64,000 nt of DNA from Thermodesulfobacteriota bacterium (lineage in GTDB: Bacteria > Desulfobacterota > Desulfobacteria > Desulfobacterales > C00003060), in NCBI GenBank assembly GCA_034189385.1, contig JAXHVD010000008.1:98396-162395 (forward strand), in the 5' to 3' direction. The notes beneath the pieces were generated by a model that was given only the letters and a program-made list of their open reading frames with translations, searched no databases and was not told the origin of the DNA. Positions 20,249 through 30,387 of this stretch are shown here, in pieces. The translations under genes were made by a program, and so were the position numbers. The first letter of the stretch is position 1; each line of letters begins with the position of its first letter.

Positions 20249-20324
20249 TTGAACCCTCCCCGCAGCGAGCTACGGGGGCTGCGGTAGCTCTCCTGTGGAG
20301 AATGCGCTCGCTTATTCGGTTCAA
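20249..20324 (+). repeat. TTGAACC-ended palindromic element (family A), copy 2
   Basis: TTGAACC...GGTTCAA termini; its right end contains the glgX stop codon. Confidence 0.85.
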
Positions 20325-22423
20325 GGTTCTTTGGATATGAACACTACAGCAGTGGCAGGAGGCACCCGATACTTTCCTGCAATGGAAACTGGCTCCGCCT
20401 TGTCTTCGTCCAGGATGTCTTCAGGCGATTCCTTGCTGGTATCTATGACACGACACCACCGCTGGCCTATTGGGGGCGTTGGTATCTCAAAGTCGTGTTT
20501 CACCTCATCTCCATTTATGATAACAAAGAAATCATCGTCCATTTCCCCTTCGTCCACTTCTTTCCCATCAAGGGCAAAGGCAAGGACCCTGGCATCTTGA
20601 GACCAGTCTGGGCTGTTGACCTCAAGGCCGTGCCAGCCAAGATCAGGGTAATCATTTCCGTTTTCGTCCCGTCCCGTCAAGAATGAAGACCTGCGAAATA
20701 CGGGATGGACCTTTCTCAAGTGGATCATGTGGCGAAAAAACCTGAGTAGGCCGGCGTTTTTTTCTGTCATGTTCCAGTTGACCCAACTGATATCATTGTC
20801 CTGGCAATAGGGATTGTTGTTGCCGTGCTGGGTGCGACCGAACTCATCTCCGGCCAATACCATGGGAACCCCTTGTGAGACCATGAGGATGGTAAAAGCG
20901 GTCTTCATCCGCCGGCGTCTCAGGTCATTTGTCTCGGCATCCTCTGCGGGCCCCTCAACACCACTGTTTGAGCTAAAGCTGTCATTGCTACCGTCTTTGT
21001 TATCTTCACCGTTATCTTCATTGTGCTTCTCTTTGTATGAAAACAGGTCATAGAGGGTGAAGCCATCGTGGCAGGTGACGTAGTTGATGCTATTATAGGG
21101 GCGCCTGCCAGTTGATTGGTAAAGGTCTGAGCTTCCTGCGATGCGGGTTCCAAGGGCCTGCACCATGCCTCTGTCTCCCCGCAAGAAGCGCCTGATGTCA
21201 TCTCTATAACAGGAGTTCCACTCGGCCCACCGTCCCGGAAACTCTCCCACCTGCTTGATGCCCAGGTCCCAGGCCTCTGCAATGATCTTAGTGTGAGCAA
21301 GGACTGGGTCCTGTTCTATGGTGTCAATGAGTGAAGGACCGGAAAGAAGGCTCCCCTTGTGATCCCTACCCAGGATGGATGCCAAGTCAAAACGAAACCC
21401 ATCCACGTGCATCTCCGTGACCCAGTATCGCAGGCAATCCAGGATAAAGATCTGCACCACCGGATGGTTGCAGCTTACTGTGTTGCCGCACCCTGAAATA
21501 TTCGCATACTCTTTTGACTCAGGATCCAGGGCATAATAGATGACATTGTCCAACCCCCTGAAGCTGATGACCGGTCCTTTGGCGTCCATTTCTGCCGTGT
21601 GGTTAAAGACCACGTCCAAAATAACCTCGAGGCCTGCTTTGTGAAAGGCCTTGACCATCTTCTTGAATTCTCTCACCTGATTGCCGTTCCAGCCGTTTGA
21701 TGCATAGGATGCCTTAGGCGCAAAAAAGGCCATGGTACTATAGCCCCAGAAGTTTTTCAGCCCTTCTCCGGTTCTGGGGTTGATACGCTTATTCTCCAAT
21801 TCATTGAATTCAAAAACAGGAAGCAATTCTACGGCTGTGACCCCCAGGGATTTGATGTGTGGGATCTTCTCAATCAGTCCTTTGTAGGTACCAGGGCTTG
21901 TGACTTGCGAAGATTCATGGACCGTATATCCACGGACATGGAGTTCATAGATGATGCTGTCTTTAATGGGCACAGTAAGAGGCCTGTCACCCTCCCAGTC
22001 GAAATCGTCTGCTATGATACAACAGCAACGGCCATGAACCTCCTTTCCCCAGACCGCTCCTCCCTCCAATGCCCGGGCATAGGGGTCCAGGAGGATATTG
22101 TCTTCACTGTACCAGTGGCCCTTTCCTTTTGGGTCATAGGGGCCCTTGGCACGATAGGCATAGCGCAGGGATGTATCCATGGCACCGAGGAGAACGTGCC
22201 ATATGTCTCCGGTCCTGTTGATCTTGGGATCAAGGACGATTTCAGCAGCCGGTGTAGGGGAGGCCTTTTCAAAAAGGAGAAGGGAAAGGGATGTGGCATG
22301 TCGAGAGAAGATGGAAAAGTTTACTCCCTCCGGCGTGATAGTAGCGCCCAGCGGAAGAGGCTTTCCAGGTTTCAAGTCAAAGGCTTTCAAATCCCTACAA
22401 GGCTCCCTATCCTTTTCGACCAA
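20321..22423 (-). CDS. glgX: Glycogen debranching enzyme (isoamylase)
   Basis: PLGAT, IYELHVRG, NFWGY, DVVFNHT, DGFRFDLA, IAEAWD, TCHDGFTL and NNNPYCQDN. Start codon uncertain. Confidence 0.95.
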   Translation of the reverse strand: MVEKDREPCRDLKAFDLKPGKPLPLGATITPEGVNFSIFSRHATSLSLLLFEKASPTPAAEIVLDPKINRTGDIWHVLLGAMDTSLRYAYRAKGPYDPKGKGHWYSEDNILLDPYARALEGGAVWGKEVHGRCCCIIADDFDWEGDRPLTVPIKDSIIYELHVRGYTVHESSQVTSPGTYKGLIEKIPHIKSLGVTAVELLPVFEFNELENKRINPRTGEGLKNFWGYSTMAFFAPKASYASNGWNGNQVREFKKMVKAFHKAGLEVILDVVFNHTAEMDAKGPVISFRGLDNVIYYALDPESKEYANISGCGNTVSCNHPVVQIFILDCLRYWVTEMHVDGFRFDLASILGRDHKGSLLSGPSLIDTIEQDPVLAHTKIIAEAWDLGIKQVGEFPGRWAEWNSCYRDDIRRFLRGDRGMVQALGTRIAGSSDLYQSTGRRPYNSINYVTCHDGFTLYDLFSYKEKHNEDNGEDNKDGSNDSFSSNSGVEGPAEDAETNDLRRRRMKTAFTILMVSQGVPMVLAGDEFGRTQHGNNNPYCQDNDISWVNWNMTEKNAGLLRFFRHMIHLRKVHPVFRRSSFLTGRDENGNDYPDLGWHGLEVNSPDWSQDARVLAFALDGKEVDEGEMDDDFFVIINGDEVKHDFEIPTPPIGQRWCRVIDTSKESPEDILDEDKAEPVSIAGKYRVPPATAVVFISKEP

Positions 22424-25400
22424 ATGCCTTCTTTAAGGAAGTAAAGGCATCCAGGACCAGGCTCAAAAGGGCCGGTACGAGAAAGACCGTGAAGATAGTA
22501 GAAATCAGAAGCCCCCCCACGACGACGCTTCCGAGGCCTCGATAAAACTCCGATCCTGCCCCTGGAGTAAGGACCAAAGGCATCATCCCGAATACGCTGG
22601 TCACGGAACTCATGTAGATGGGACGGATACGGGACCGGACCGATTCCCTAATCGCTTCCCGAGGGGCCATGTTGCTGTCCCTCATGTTGTTGAGGGCCTG
22701 GTGGACGATAAGGATGGCGTTGTTGACAACGATGCCCACAAGGATCACAAACCCCAGCATGGTGACGATATCTAAGGCCTGATAGGTAATGAAGAGATTC
22801 ACCAGAAGCAGGCCTATGAACCCCCCGGCCGCGGCCAGAGGCACGCTGAACATGATCACGAGTGGATAGAAGAAGTTTTCAAAAAGGGCAGACATCAAAA
22901 GGTAGCTGATGACAAGGGCCAAGATGATGTTCCACTGAAGGGCTTTCCTGGTCCGCGTGAGATCGTCGGCTGTCCCGCTCAGGTCGATTCGGTACAACGA
23001 ACCGAGACTACTACTTGCTCTGAGGGGTTCTACGATCTTGTTTCGAACGGTGTCCATGGCCGTCTCAAGAGGGACTTCTGCCGGTGGGATGACCTGAATG
23101 GTGATGGCCCGTTCTGAACCGATATGGTTGATCTGCGTGGGTCCTTCTTCCAAACGGATGTCGGCTACCGATCCGAGGGTGACCCTCTCCCCCTTTGGTG
23201 TCTGTATAAGAAGACCGGCTAGATCCTGGGTCCGTTCGAGCCTTGTCTCTTCTCCCTTTACGACCAACTCAATCTCGTCACCAAGGAGGCGATAGTCACT
23301 GGTGATAGCCCCGTCCACGAGGGCATCCACTGTTTTCCCAAGGTCCTCAGTGGTCATTTCCAGTCTGGTGAGTCGATCCCGGTTCGGGATGACACGCATT
23401 TCCGGGTTGCCCAAATCAAGGCTGGGGATGGGCCGTATCTGTGCTCCGGGAATCAGTCGGGCCGCTTGGCCAAAGATCTGTCGCCCCAAATCGATGAGTC
23501 TTTCCAAGTCAGGCCCCTTGATCTCTATCTCAATGGATCTCCCCTCGCCAATGCCGCTCTCAAAAAGGCTTGGCTGCTGGACAATAGCGATCATGCCCGG
23601 GATCTTTCCCAAGACTTTGTAAATGTAAGGAAGTAATTCTCGAGTCCTTTCCTGGATTTTCGAGACGATCCCCATAAACACCTGTTGTCCCCAGGCCACA
23701 TAGAAAAAATTCTTTACAGGGGGAAGTTTCAGCTCCTTGGCCGCGGCACTCTCCTGGTCGTGTTCAATGAGGGGCAAGACGTCTGCTTCAACGGTCTCTG
23801 CAATGTCCTGGAGTTCTTCCAGGTTGTATCCAGGCGGGGGGAGAAGGATGCCGAAGAGGATTTCCCGATTTCCTTCGGGAAGATACTCTGTCTTTGGCAT
23901 GAGAAACCAGGCCATCCCAACGGCCAGGCCGGTCATGACAAGGACTACTGCAAACCTTGCTGAAATGCGGCCGCATGTCCAGTATATGAATCTCGCAATG
24001 GCATCGGTCAATGCCGATGCCAGGCCATAGACAGACCAGGTGGGTCTGCGCGACCTTTCAGGGGCCTTTACCCTGCCAAGGATCTTAGAAGAAAGGCTTG
24101 GGATGACCGTCATAGACACGAGGAGACTGAGCCCTACGGCGCTGCTAATGGCAATGGCAATGTCTCTAAACAGTTGCCCTGCCTCTTCCTGGACAAAGAG
24201 AATAGGAACAAACACCGCTATGGTGGTAAGGGTACTGGCCAGCACGGCCCCCCAGACCTCTACCGTGCCGTCGTAAGCGGCCTGAATGCGTGTTTTTCCC
24301 ATCTCACGATGTCGAAAGATATTTTCAAATACGACGATGGAATTGTCTACCACCATACCGATAGCAAAACTCATCCCCGCCAGGCTCACGACGTTGATAT
24401 TGCGCCCAAAGAGGGTCATGAGGAGGAAGGTCCCCACGATACTGATGGGAATAGCTAGTGACACAATCAGGGTGCTCGTCACATTGCGAAGAAAGATCAG
24501 CAGTACGATAATAGCCAATGTCCCGCCGATAAAAATATTTTGTTTCACCAGGGCGATGGCGCTGTAGATATAGCTGGTCTCATCATAGACCCGTTCGAGC
24601 TTGAGTCCCCGGTTTTTGAGGATACCGTTGTTGAGCTCTTCTAAGGCCTCGGTGAGTTTCTTCATGACCACCAGAACGTTGGAGCCTGTCTCTCGAACAG
24701 CGTTCATGACAATGGTGGGAATCCCTTCATGACGGACCACGAGCTCGATGTCCTCGTGGCCAAGGGAGACCCGGGCAATGTCGCCAACCTTGATGGGCAC
24801 GCCGTTGATCCGTTTGACAATGACTTGGGCAACGTCTTCTGGGCTCTCATACTCCCCAACGGTCCGCGCAATGTATCTGCGTTTTCCCTCGTCAAAGTCA
24901 CCGGCACTGATGTTTTTGTTCTCTACGTCCAAGGCCCGCATGAGCTCAGGGATAGTAATGTGTCGCGCCGCCATGGCATCTGAATCAACGATGACCTGAA
25001 GCTCTCGCTCCTGTCCGCCATATATATTGGAAGACGCCACGCCAGAGATCCTTTCCAGGCGCGGTTTTACGTAGTCATCGCAGAAATCATATTCATGGCT
25101 CAAGACGCCGGTGTATCCCTCACGGGCCCCTAGAATCATCCAGGCAATAGCCTTTTCCCGTCGGCCTCCTGACTTGATGATTGGCTTTTCCATGTCGTCG
25201 GGGTATTCTTTCACCTGGTCCAGGTTGTTAGAAACCTTCAGGAGGGCCGAATCCGTGTCTGTGCCTACCTCGAAGAGGAGATTGATGTACGCCTTGCCAT
25301 CAAGGCTCTCACTCTTCATCTTGTCTAGGCCTTCAACGTTTTTGAGCTCGTCTTCCTGCACGTCCACGATCTCCCGTTCTACCTCCAAAGGACTAGCCCC

Positions 25401-25556
25401 TCGCCAGACAGTCTCAACGGAGATCTCCGGCTTGTCCACGTTAGGCGTAAGCTGAATGGGGATTCTAAACAGGGAGATGAGGCCAAAGAGGACCAGGAGA
25501 ATCACCCCCACCGTGACGGTGACAGGTTTTTTTATTGAGATGTCAACAAGTTTCAT
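22407..25556 (-). CDS. RND efflux transporter permease (AcrB/D/F family)
   Basis: 1049 aa, two-repeat RND topology, GMVVDNSIVVFENI and RIRPIYMS. Confidence 0.95.
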   Translation of the reverse strand: MKLVDISIKKPVTVTVGVILLVLFGLISLFRIPIQLTPNVDKPEISVETVWRGASPLEVEREIVDVQEDELKNVEGLDKMKSESLDGKAYINLLFEVGTDTDSALLKVSNNLDQVKEYPDDMEKPIIKSGGRREKAIAWMILGAREGYTGVLSHEYDFCDDYVKPRLERISGVASSNIYGGQERELQVIVDSDAMAARHITIPELMRALDVENKNISAGDFDEGKRRYIARTVGEYESPEDVAQVIVKRINGVPIKVGDIARVSLGHEDIELVVRHEGIPTIVMNAVRETGSNVLVVMKKLTEALEELNNGILKNRGLKLERVYDETSYIYSAIALVKQNIFIGGTLAIIVLLIFLRNVTSTLIVSLAIPISIVGTFLLMTLFGRNINVVSLAGMSFAIGMVVDNSIVVFENIFRHREMGKTRIQAAYDGTVEVWGAVLASTLTTIAVFVPILFVQEEAGQLFRDIAIAISSAVGLSLLVSMTVIPSLSSKILGRVKAPERSRRPTWSVYGLASALTDAIARFIYWTCGRISARFAVVLVMTGLAVGMAWFLMPKTEYLPEGNREILFGILLPPPGYNLEELQDIAETVEADVLPLIEHDQESAAAKELKLPPVKNFFYVAWGQQVFMGIVSKIQERTRELLPYIYKVLGKIPGMIAIVQQPSLFESGIGEGRSIEIEIKGPDLERLIDLGRQIFGQAARLIPGAQIRPIPSLDLGNPEMRVIPNRDRLTRLEMTTEDLGKTVDALVDGAITSDYRLLGDEIELVVKGEETRLERTQDLAGLLIQTPKGERVTLGSVADIRLEEGPTQINHIGSERAITIQVIPPAEVPLETAMDTVRNKIVEPLRASSSLGSLYRIDLSGTADDLTRTRKALQWNIILALVISYLLMSALFENFFYPLVIMFSVPLAAAGGFIGLLLVNLFITYQALDIVTMLGFVILVGIVVNNAILIVHQALNNMRDSNMAPREAIRESVRSRIRPIYMSSVTSVFGMMPLVLTPGAGSEFYRGLGSVVVGGLLISTIFTVFLVPALLSLVLDAFTSLKKAFGRKG

Positions 25557-25576
25557 GGATAAGATTTTGTTCTTTT

Positions 25577-26080
25577 GCCACTAAGCCACTAAGACACAAA
25601 GGTTACATGGGGTATATTCTGTTCCTTAGCCACAAAGACACGGAGGCACGAACACTATGAGACGATTCGCTTGATGCCGTTCCTTATCAGAGGAACATTG
25701 AAGTTTATGAGAAAACCAAGGCGTTTGCCGGTCAATTTCAGATGGCTCAGTACCTGTGCTTGCCACACCGGATTCATCTCGTCTACAGCTTTCAATTCGC
25801 AGATAACCAGATCCTCCACTAAAACGTCTAGACGCAGCCCCTCGTCAAAGACGATACCGTCGTATACAATTGGAAGGGCCACTTGCCTTTCACATCTTAG
25901 GCCTCGTTTTGACAACTCATGGCAAAGGCAAACCTCGTAGACCTTTTCAAGCAAGCCGGGTCCCAGTTCCTTGTGCACCGTATAGGCTGCGTCAACGACC
26001 TGTTTTGCTATTCCTTCTTCCCGCTTAGATAAAGGGGCGAAGCCCATATCTGCCTCTTTGTGGCTTCGTGTCTTGGTGGC
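25577..26080. mobile_element. Putative inverted-repeat-bounded GxxExxY insertion cassette
   Basis: Arms 25577-25602 and 25629-25652 (GCCACAAAGACACGGAGGCACGAA) are imperfect reverse complements of 26056-26080 (CTTTGTGGCTTCGTGTCTTGGTGGC). The cassette separates the adaptor and permease genes. Confidence 0.55.
25655..26047 (-). CDS. GxxExxY protein (PD-(D/E)XK nuclease-like)
   Basis: VHKELGPGLLEKVYE (GxxExxY), RLDVLVEDLVICELKAV, QVLSHLK and GFLINFN. Confidence 0.92.
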   Translation of the reverse strand: MGFAPLSKREEGIAKQVVDAAYTVHKELGPGLLEKVYEVCLCHELSKRGLRCERQVALPIVYDGIVFDEGLRLDVLVEDLVICELKAVDEMNPVWQAQVLSHLKLTGKRLGFLINFNVPLIRNGIKRIVS

Positions 26081-26095
26081 GATCCATATTCCAGC

Positions 26096-27202
26096 TTACT
26101 TGATGACCTCCACCACCTGCCCTGGGCGGAGGCGCTCGTTGCCGCGGATGACCACCGAGTCTCCCACCTTAAGGGGGCCCTCAACGGCTACGTTGCCGTC
26201 GTGGTAGCCCATGACTTGGACAGTCACCGGTTGGGCCACGGTGCTGGCTATCACATAGACTAACCGATTAGCCCCAGCTGTGACAATGGCGTCTTTGGGT
26301 ACCAGAAGAGCGTCCTTGGTGGTCCCCAGGCTAAAGGTCGCCTTGGCCTCCATACCGCTCTTGATTTTCAGACCCGGATTCGCCAGGATGACGCGCACTG
26401 GAAAGGTCCGGGCGTTGGCGTCTCCTTCAGGCAGGATGGCCGAAATCTTGCCCGCAAAGGGCTCGTTGGACAGGCTTGCCACCAGGACCCGAACCGGACT
26501 TTGCGGAAGCAGGTTTACTGCATAGCGTTCTGGCACGTCCACTGTGATCCGCATATGGCCCATATCAAGTAAGGTCACCACTTCCCTAGGCCCACCCATG
26601 GGCAGCCACTCGCCTATCTGGGTGTGCTCTAGGGCCACATAACCGGAAAAGGGGGCCACGACTGTCATCTTCCTGATGTCGTCCTTGAGAAGGTCGATCT
26701 CTGCCTCTGTGCGCAACAGTTCCTGCTTTAGGGACTGATCTTGATAGAGGGCTTCGTCATACTTCCTGGCTGCAATGCTGTCTGCGTCCTTGAGTTTGCC
26801 ATAGCGGGCCAGCTCTTTTTCGGCAAAAAGCAAGTTGGCCCGGACTTTTTCCCTGAGGGCTTCTGCTGCCTTGAGGCGAAGTGTTAGATCCTTTGATCTG
26901 AGTCTGACAAGGACCTGTCCCTTTTCAACAAAGTCCCCTTCGCGGACTGGATATTCCTCCACAAGGCCGGATATTTCAGCAGCGACCTTGCTCCGGGCAA
27001 TCGGTTCCGTGGTTCCCACTAGGCCGATCTGTTCTGAAACAGTTTCCTGAATGACGGGCGCCACCTTCACCGGCACAGGTGGGGGGCCTTGAGGTCCCTT
27101 TTCCTTGTCTTCTCCATGGGAAATGCTCACCGCCAGCAGAAGGTAGAGCCATGCGACCCCAACTGCCGAAATAATCGCTTTCCCAGAGTATAGTCGCTCC
27201 AT
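26096..27202 (-). CDS. RND efflux periplasmic adaptor (membrane fusion protein)
   Basis: N-terminal hydrophobic anchor, VREGDFVEKGQVL, APFSG, ARTFPVRV and LVPKDAI. Start is 27202 or 27211. Confidence 0.92.
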   Translation of the reverse strand: MERLYSGKAIISAVGVAWLYLLLAVSISHGEDKEKGPQGPPPVPVKVAPVIQETVSEQIGLVGTTEPIARSKVAAEISGLVEEYPVREGDFVEKGQVLVRLRSKDLTLRLKAAEALREKVRANLLFAEKELARYGKLKDADSIAARKYDEALYQDQSLKQELLRTEAEIDLLKDDIRKMTVVAPFSGYVALEHTQIGEWLPMGGPREVVTLLDMGHMRITVDVPERYAVNLLPQSPVRVLVASLSNEPFAGKISAILPEGDANARTFPVRVILANPGLKIKSGMEAKATFSLGTTKDALLVPKDAIVTAGANRLVYVIASTVAQPVTVQVMGYHDGNVAVEGPLKVGDSVVIRGNERLRPGQVVEVIK

Positions 27203-27496
27203 TCTTCTCATCCTCTGTTCATTGTCGCTTCGTAACAAGTCGTCATGCCAGCACAAACCAGGTTTTGGAAGAACTCCTATTCTCTAAAACCACAAAGGCA
27301 ATGCCCTCACCCTGAAGGCTGGGCAGAGTTTGCCGGACTGACGTGAAATACCTGTTGGATCTTCTGCGAAACCACGGTACGTGTACAAGAAAAATGCGAA
27401 TCCTTGCAGATTCTCATGACCGAAGGCGCTCCGTCACCCTTGGGACCAAAGACACACCTATTTGGGCCCAGCGACCGAAAAGCAGCTGGGTTGTCC

Positions 27497-28660
27497 TTAG
27501 CGAAGTGTCCCCACGTAGCGGTCTTTTAGCAGGTGATTGGCTATAACGATTCGCTGAATCTCTGAAGTGCCTTCATAAATCGTAAATACCCGAGCATCTC
27601 TGTAAAAACGCTCCACAGGATATTCCTTAATATAACCATATCCCCCATGAATTTGCAAGGCACTGGCTGTAACGCGGTTGACCATCTCCGATGCAAAAAG
27701 CTTGGCCATGGAGGCCTCCATCGTGTGTTTTTCACCCCGATCTTTCTTTGCAGCAGCGAAGAACGCAAGTTGCCGAGCGGCTTCCAAATCCGTAGCCATA
27801 TCGGCCAGCATCCATCGAAGGCCTTGGAATTTTGCAATCGGTTGCCCAAACTGTTCCCGCTCCCTGGCATAGGAAACGGCTGCATCCAGGGCAGCCTGCG
27901 CCACCCCTATGGACTGGGCAGCGATGCCTATGCGGCCGCCGTCCAGGGCCGTCATGGCAATCTTAAAGCCGTCTCCTTCTTGCCCCAGGAGATTATCGGC
28001 GGGGATCGGACAGTCTTCAAAGACAAGATCGGTGGTGTCAGAGGCGCAAAGCCCCATCTTGTTCTCAGTTCTTCCGGCTGAAAACCCTGGCCTGTCCCCT
28101 TCTACAATAAATGCACTGATCCCCTTATGGCGCTTTGTCTCGTCGGTCTTGGCCGTGATGACCGTTATGCCCGCATTTCTTCCTGAGGTGATGAACCGTT
28201 TGGAACCGTTCACGATGTAGTGGTCGCCATGACGTTCAGCCCGCGTCGACTGACTCAAAGGGTCTGACCCTGCATGGGGTTCGGTCAAGGCAAAGGCCCC
28301 TATGACGTGACCTGCGGCCAAGGGCTTTAAGAAGGTTTGTTTCTGGGCCTTTGTTCCGAACCGATTAATGGTTTCGCAAACGATAGAGTTATGCACGGAC
28401 ATCACCACGGCTGTGGATGCGCATGCGTACGCTACCTCCTGAAGGGCCAGGACATAGCTCACGGTATCGGCACCAGCCCCGTTGAATTCAGGCGGCACCA
28501 TCATTCCCATGAGGCCCAATGCTCCCATCTTCTGAAGATTCTCAGCCGGAAACTCCTTGGTCTGGTCCCGTTCCATGGCTGTGGGCAGAAGGACCTTTCG
28601 GGCAAAATCCCTGACCATAGTTTGAATCATCACTTGTTCGTCATTGAGTTGGAAAGACAT
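27497..28660 (-). CDS. Acyl-CoA dehydrogenase (short/branched chain type)
   Basis: FALTEPHAGSD, NGSKRFITSG, GGRIGIAAQ, QIHGGYGY and IYEGTSEIQR. Confidence 0.96.
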   Translation of the reverse strand: MSFQLNDEQVMIQTMVRDFARKVLLPTAMERDQTKEFPAENLQKMGALGLMGMMVPPEFNGAGADTVSYVLALQEVAYACASTAVVMSVHNSIVCETINRFGTKAQKQTFLKPLAAGHVIGAFALTEPHAGSDPLSQSTRAERHGDHYIVNGSKRFITSGRNAGITVITAKTDETKRHKGISAFIVEGDRPGFSAGRTENKMGLCASDTTDLVFEDCPIPADNLLGQEGDGFKIAMTALDGGRIGIAAQSIGVAQAALDAAVSYAREREQFGQPIAKFQGLRWMLADMATDLEAARQLAFFAAAKKDRGEKHTMEASMAKLFASEMVNRVTASALQIHGGYGYIKEYPVERFYRDARVFTIYEGTSEIQRIVIANHLLKDRYVGTLR

Positions 28661-28776
28661 AATCTGCTCCCAGCAAGTGAGTGATAAAGTGAACTAGAGT
28701 GAACGGAAGTGAGCTCATGGGCCTAAAATTAGTTAACAACTCTCGTTCACTTTAGACAATAGTGCCCTTTAGGCAC

Positions 28777-29325
28777 TTAAGGAGTATAAATGACGACCAA
28801 GAGCTCTGCCTTCTTGTCGCCGATATTTGTGATTTTGTGCCTTATCCCCGAGTCAAAATGGATAGAATCACCTTTCTTGAGTTTGTTTACCTGATCACCA
28901 ACGGTTACCTCAATGGCGCCTGTCAGGAGATAGATGAACTCTTCTCCTTCGTGCTGGTAGCCTACGCCCTTGTGATCCCTGTGGGGCGCCACGGCAACGC
29001 GAAAGGCCTTTAAGTGCTTGTTCTCCGCACCTGGTGTCAAGGTCGTGTAAGCATAGTTCTCTGTGCGCTTCTTGTATGCCTTGACACGGCTTGCGGCTGT
29101 TGCCTCCTGTTCTTTCAGCAAAAGCCCTGAGTCGATCCCCAGAGCGCGAGATATCTGTAACAAGGTGCCGACAGGGGGCATGGATTTTCCCGATTCGATC
29201 TCCTTTAGGTAGTCCACACTGCACCCCGTATGATTGGCCACATGACTCAAGCTGAATTTCTTTGCCTGCCTGGCCTTCTTGATCCTCTCCCCCAGGGGTA
29301 GAAAATCGGATTTCTTCTTAGGCAT
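28777..29325 (-). CDS. XRE-family HTH regulator with cupin domain
   Basis: LGERIKKAR...IESGKSMP HTH and HEGEEFIY...GDSIHFDSGIRH cupin. Confidence 0.92.
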   Translation of the reverse strand: MPKKKSDFLPLGERIKKARQAKKFSLSHVANHTGCSVDYLKEIESGKSMPPVGTLLQISRALGIDSGLLLKEQEATAASRVKAYKKRTENYAYTTLTPGAENKHLKAFRVAVAPHRDHKGVGYQHEGEEFIYLLTGAIEVTVGDQVNKLKKGDSIHFDSGIRHKITNIGDKKAELLVVIYTP

Positions 29326-30316
29326 GGGAGCTCTCCTTGGGTTTCTTCATCCTTTCTGCCATGATCTGCTCGCACAAGGTGAAAGGGTCCGTCCTTTTTT
29401 CTGCAATGTCGTCAAGCATTTTCTCGAATGTTTCAGAGGCCTCCAGGTCTTCCATGATTTCGGTTACGACGCTCTCCTTTATGGTGTCTACGAGTTCCCT
29501 CAAGGCCCTTTTTCTCATGCGCCCCTTGAGGTGTTTTCGGTCTTGGGCAAATAGAAAGGCCCTGTGGGCCTCTATGTGGGAAAGCAGCTCCTCTACGCCC
29601 CGGTTTCGCATTGCCTCGGTGGCCACTATGGGCGGTCGCCAGTGTTGCTGCGTGCCTCCTTGGGTATTCATGTCCAGCATGGCCTGAAGTTCCTTCATGG
29701 TTTTCTCAAGACCTTCCTGATCCGCCTTGTTGATGACGAAAATGTCAGCAACCTCTAAGATACCTGCCTTGATCGCCTGAATATCATCACCCATTCCAGG
29801 AATGAGGACGATGATGGTCGTGTGCGCTGTTGTAACGATATCTACTTCGTCCTGGCCGACTCCAACAGTCTCCACCAGTATCATGTCTTTGCCCATGGCA
29901 TCCAAGACGTCTATCACGTTGTGCGTGGAGCGCGTGAGGCCTCCAAATTGGCCTCGGGTGGCGAGACTCCGGATGAATACTCCAGGGTCCGTGCCGTGGC
30001 GCTGCATTCTAACCCGATCTCCAAGGATGGCACCGCCAGAGAAGGGGCTCGTTGGGTCAACGGCCAGGATACCAAGGGTCTTTCCCGCGGTTCTGTATGC
30101 CTGAATCATCTGATCCACCAAGGTACTTTTCCCAACGCCAGGAAAGCCGCTGATGCCTATGACATAGGCCTCGCCCGTGTGAGGATAGAGGGCCTTTAAG
30201 ACCTGCCTCGAAGAGACAACCCCATCATCAATGTCTCTGATCAACCTAGCGGCTGTCCGCACATTGCCCTCGAGGATTTTGTCCACCGTGGCCCTGACGT
30301 CCTTGTTCATATTCAT
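29318..30316 (-). CDS. meaB: Methylmalonyl-CoA mutase-associated GTPase
   Basis: GFPGVGKST, AVDPTSPFSGGAILGDRVRM, ETVGVGQDE, GDDIQAIKAG and NKAD. Confidence 0.93.
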   Translation of the reverse strand: MNMNKDVRATVDKILEGNVRTAARLIRDIDDGVVSSRQVLKALYPHTGEAYVIGISGFPGVGKSTLVDQMIQAYRTAGKTLGILAVDPTSPFSGGAILGDRVRMQRHGTDPGVFIRSLATRGQFGGLTRSTHNVIDVLDAMGKDMILVETVGVGQDEVDIVTTAHTTIIVLIPGMGDDIQAIKAGILEVADIFVINKADQEGLEKTMKELQAMLDMNTQGGTQQHWRPPIVATEAMRNRGVEELLSHIEAHRAFLFAQDRKHLKGRMRKRALRELVDTIKESVVTEIMEDLEASETFEKMLDDIAEKRTDPFTLCEQIMAERMKKPKESSHA

Positions 30317-30387
30317 CCCTACATCCTTCAAACGGAGCACTTCAGGCCCTCACGGACCAAGGAGGGGACAAGTTTGACACCCCTGCC

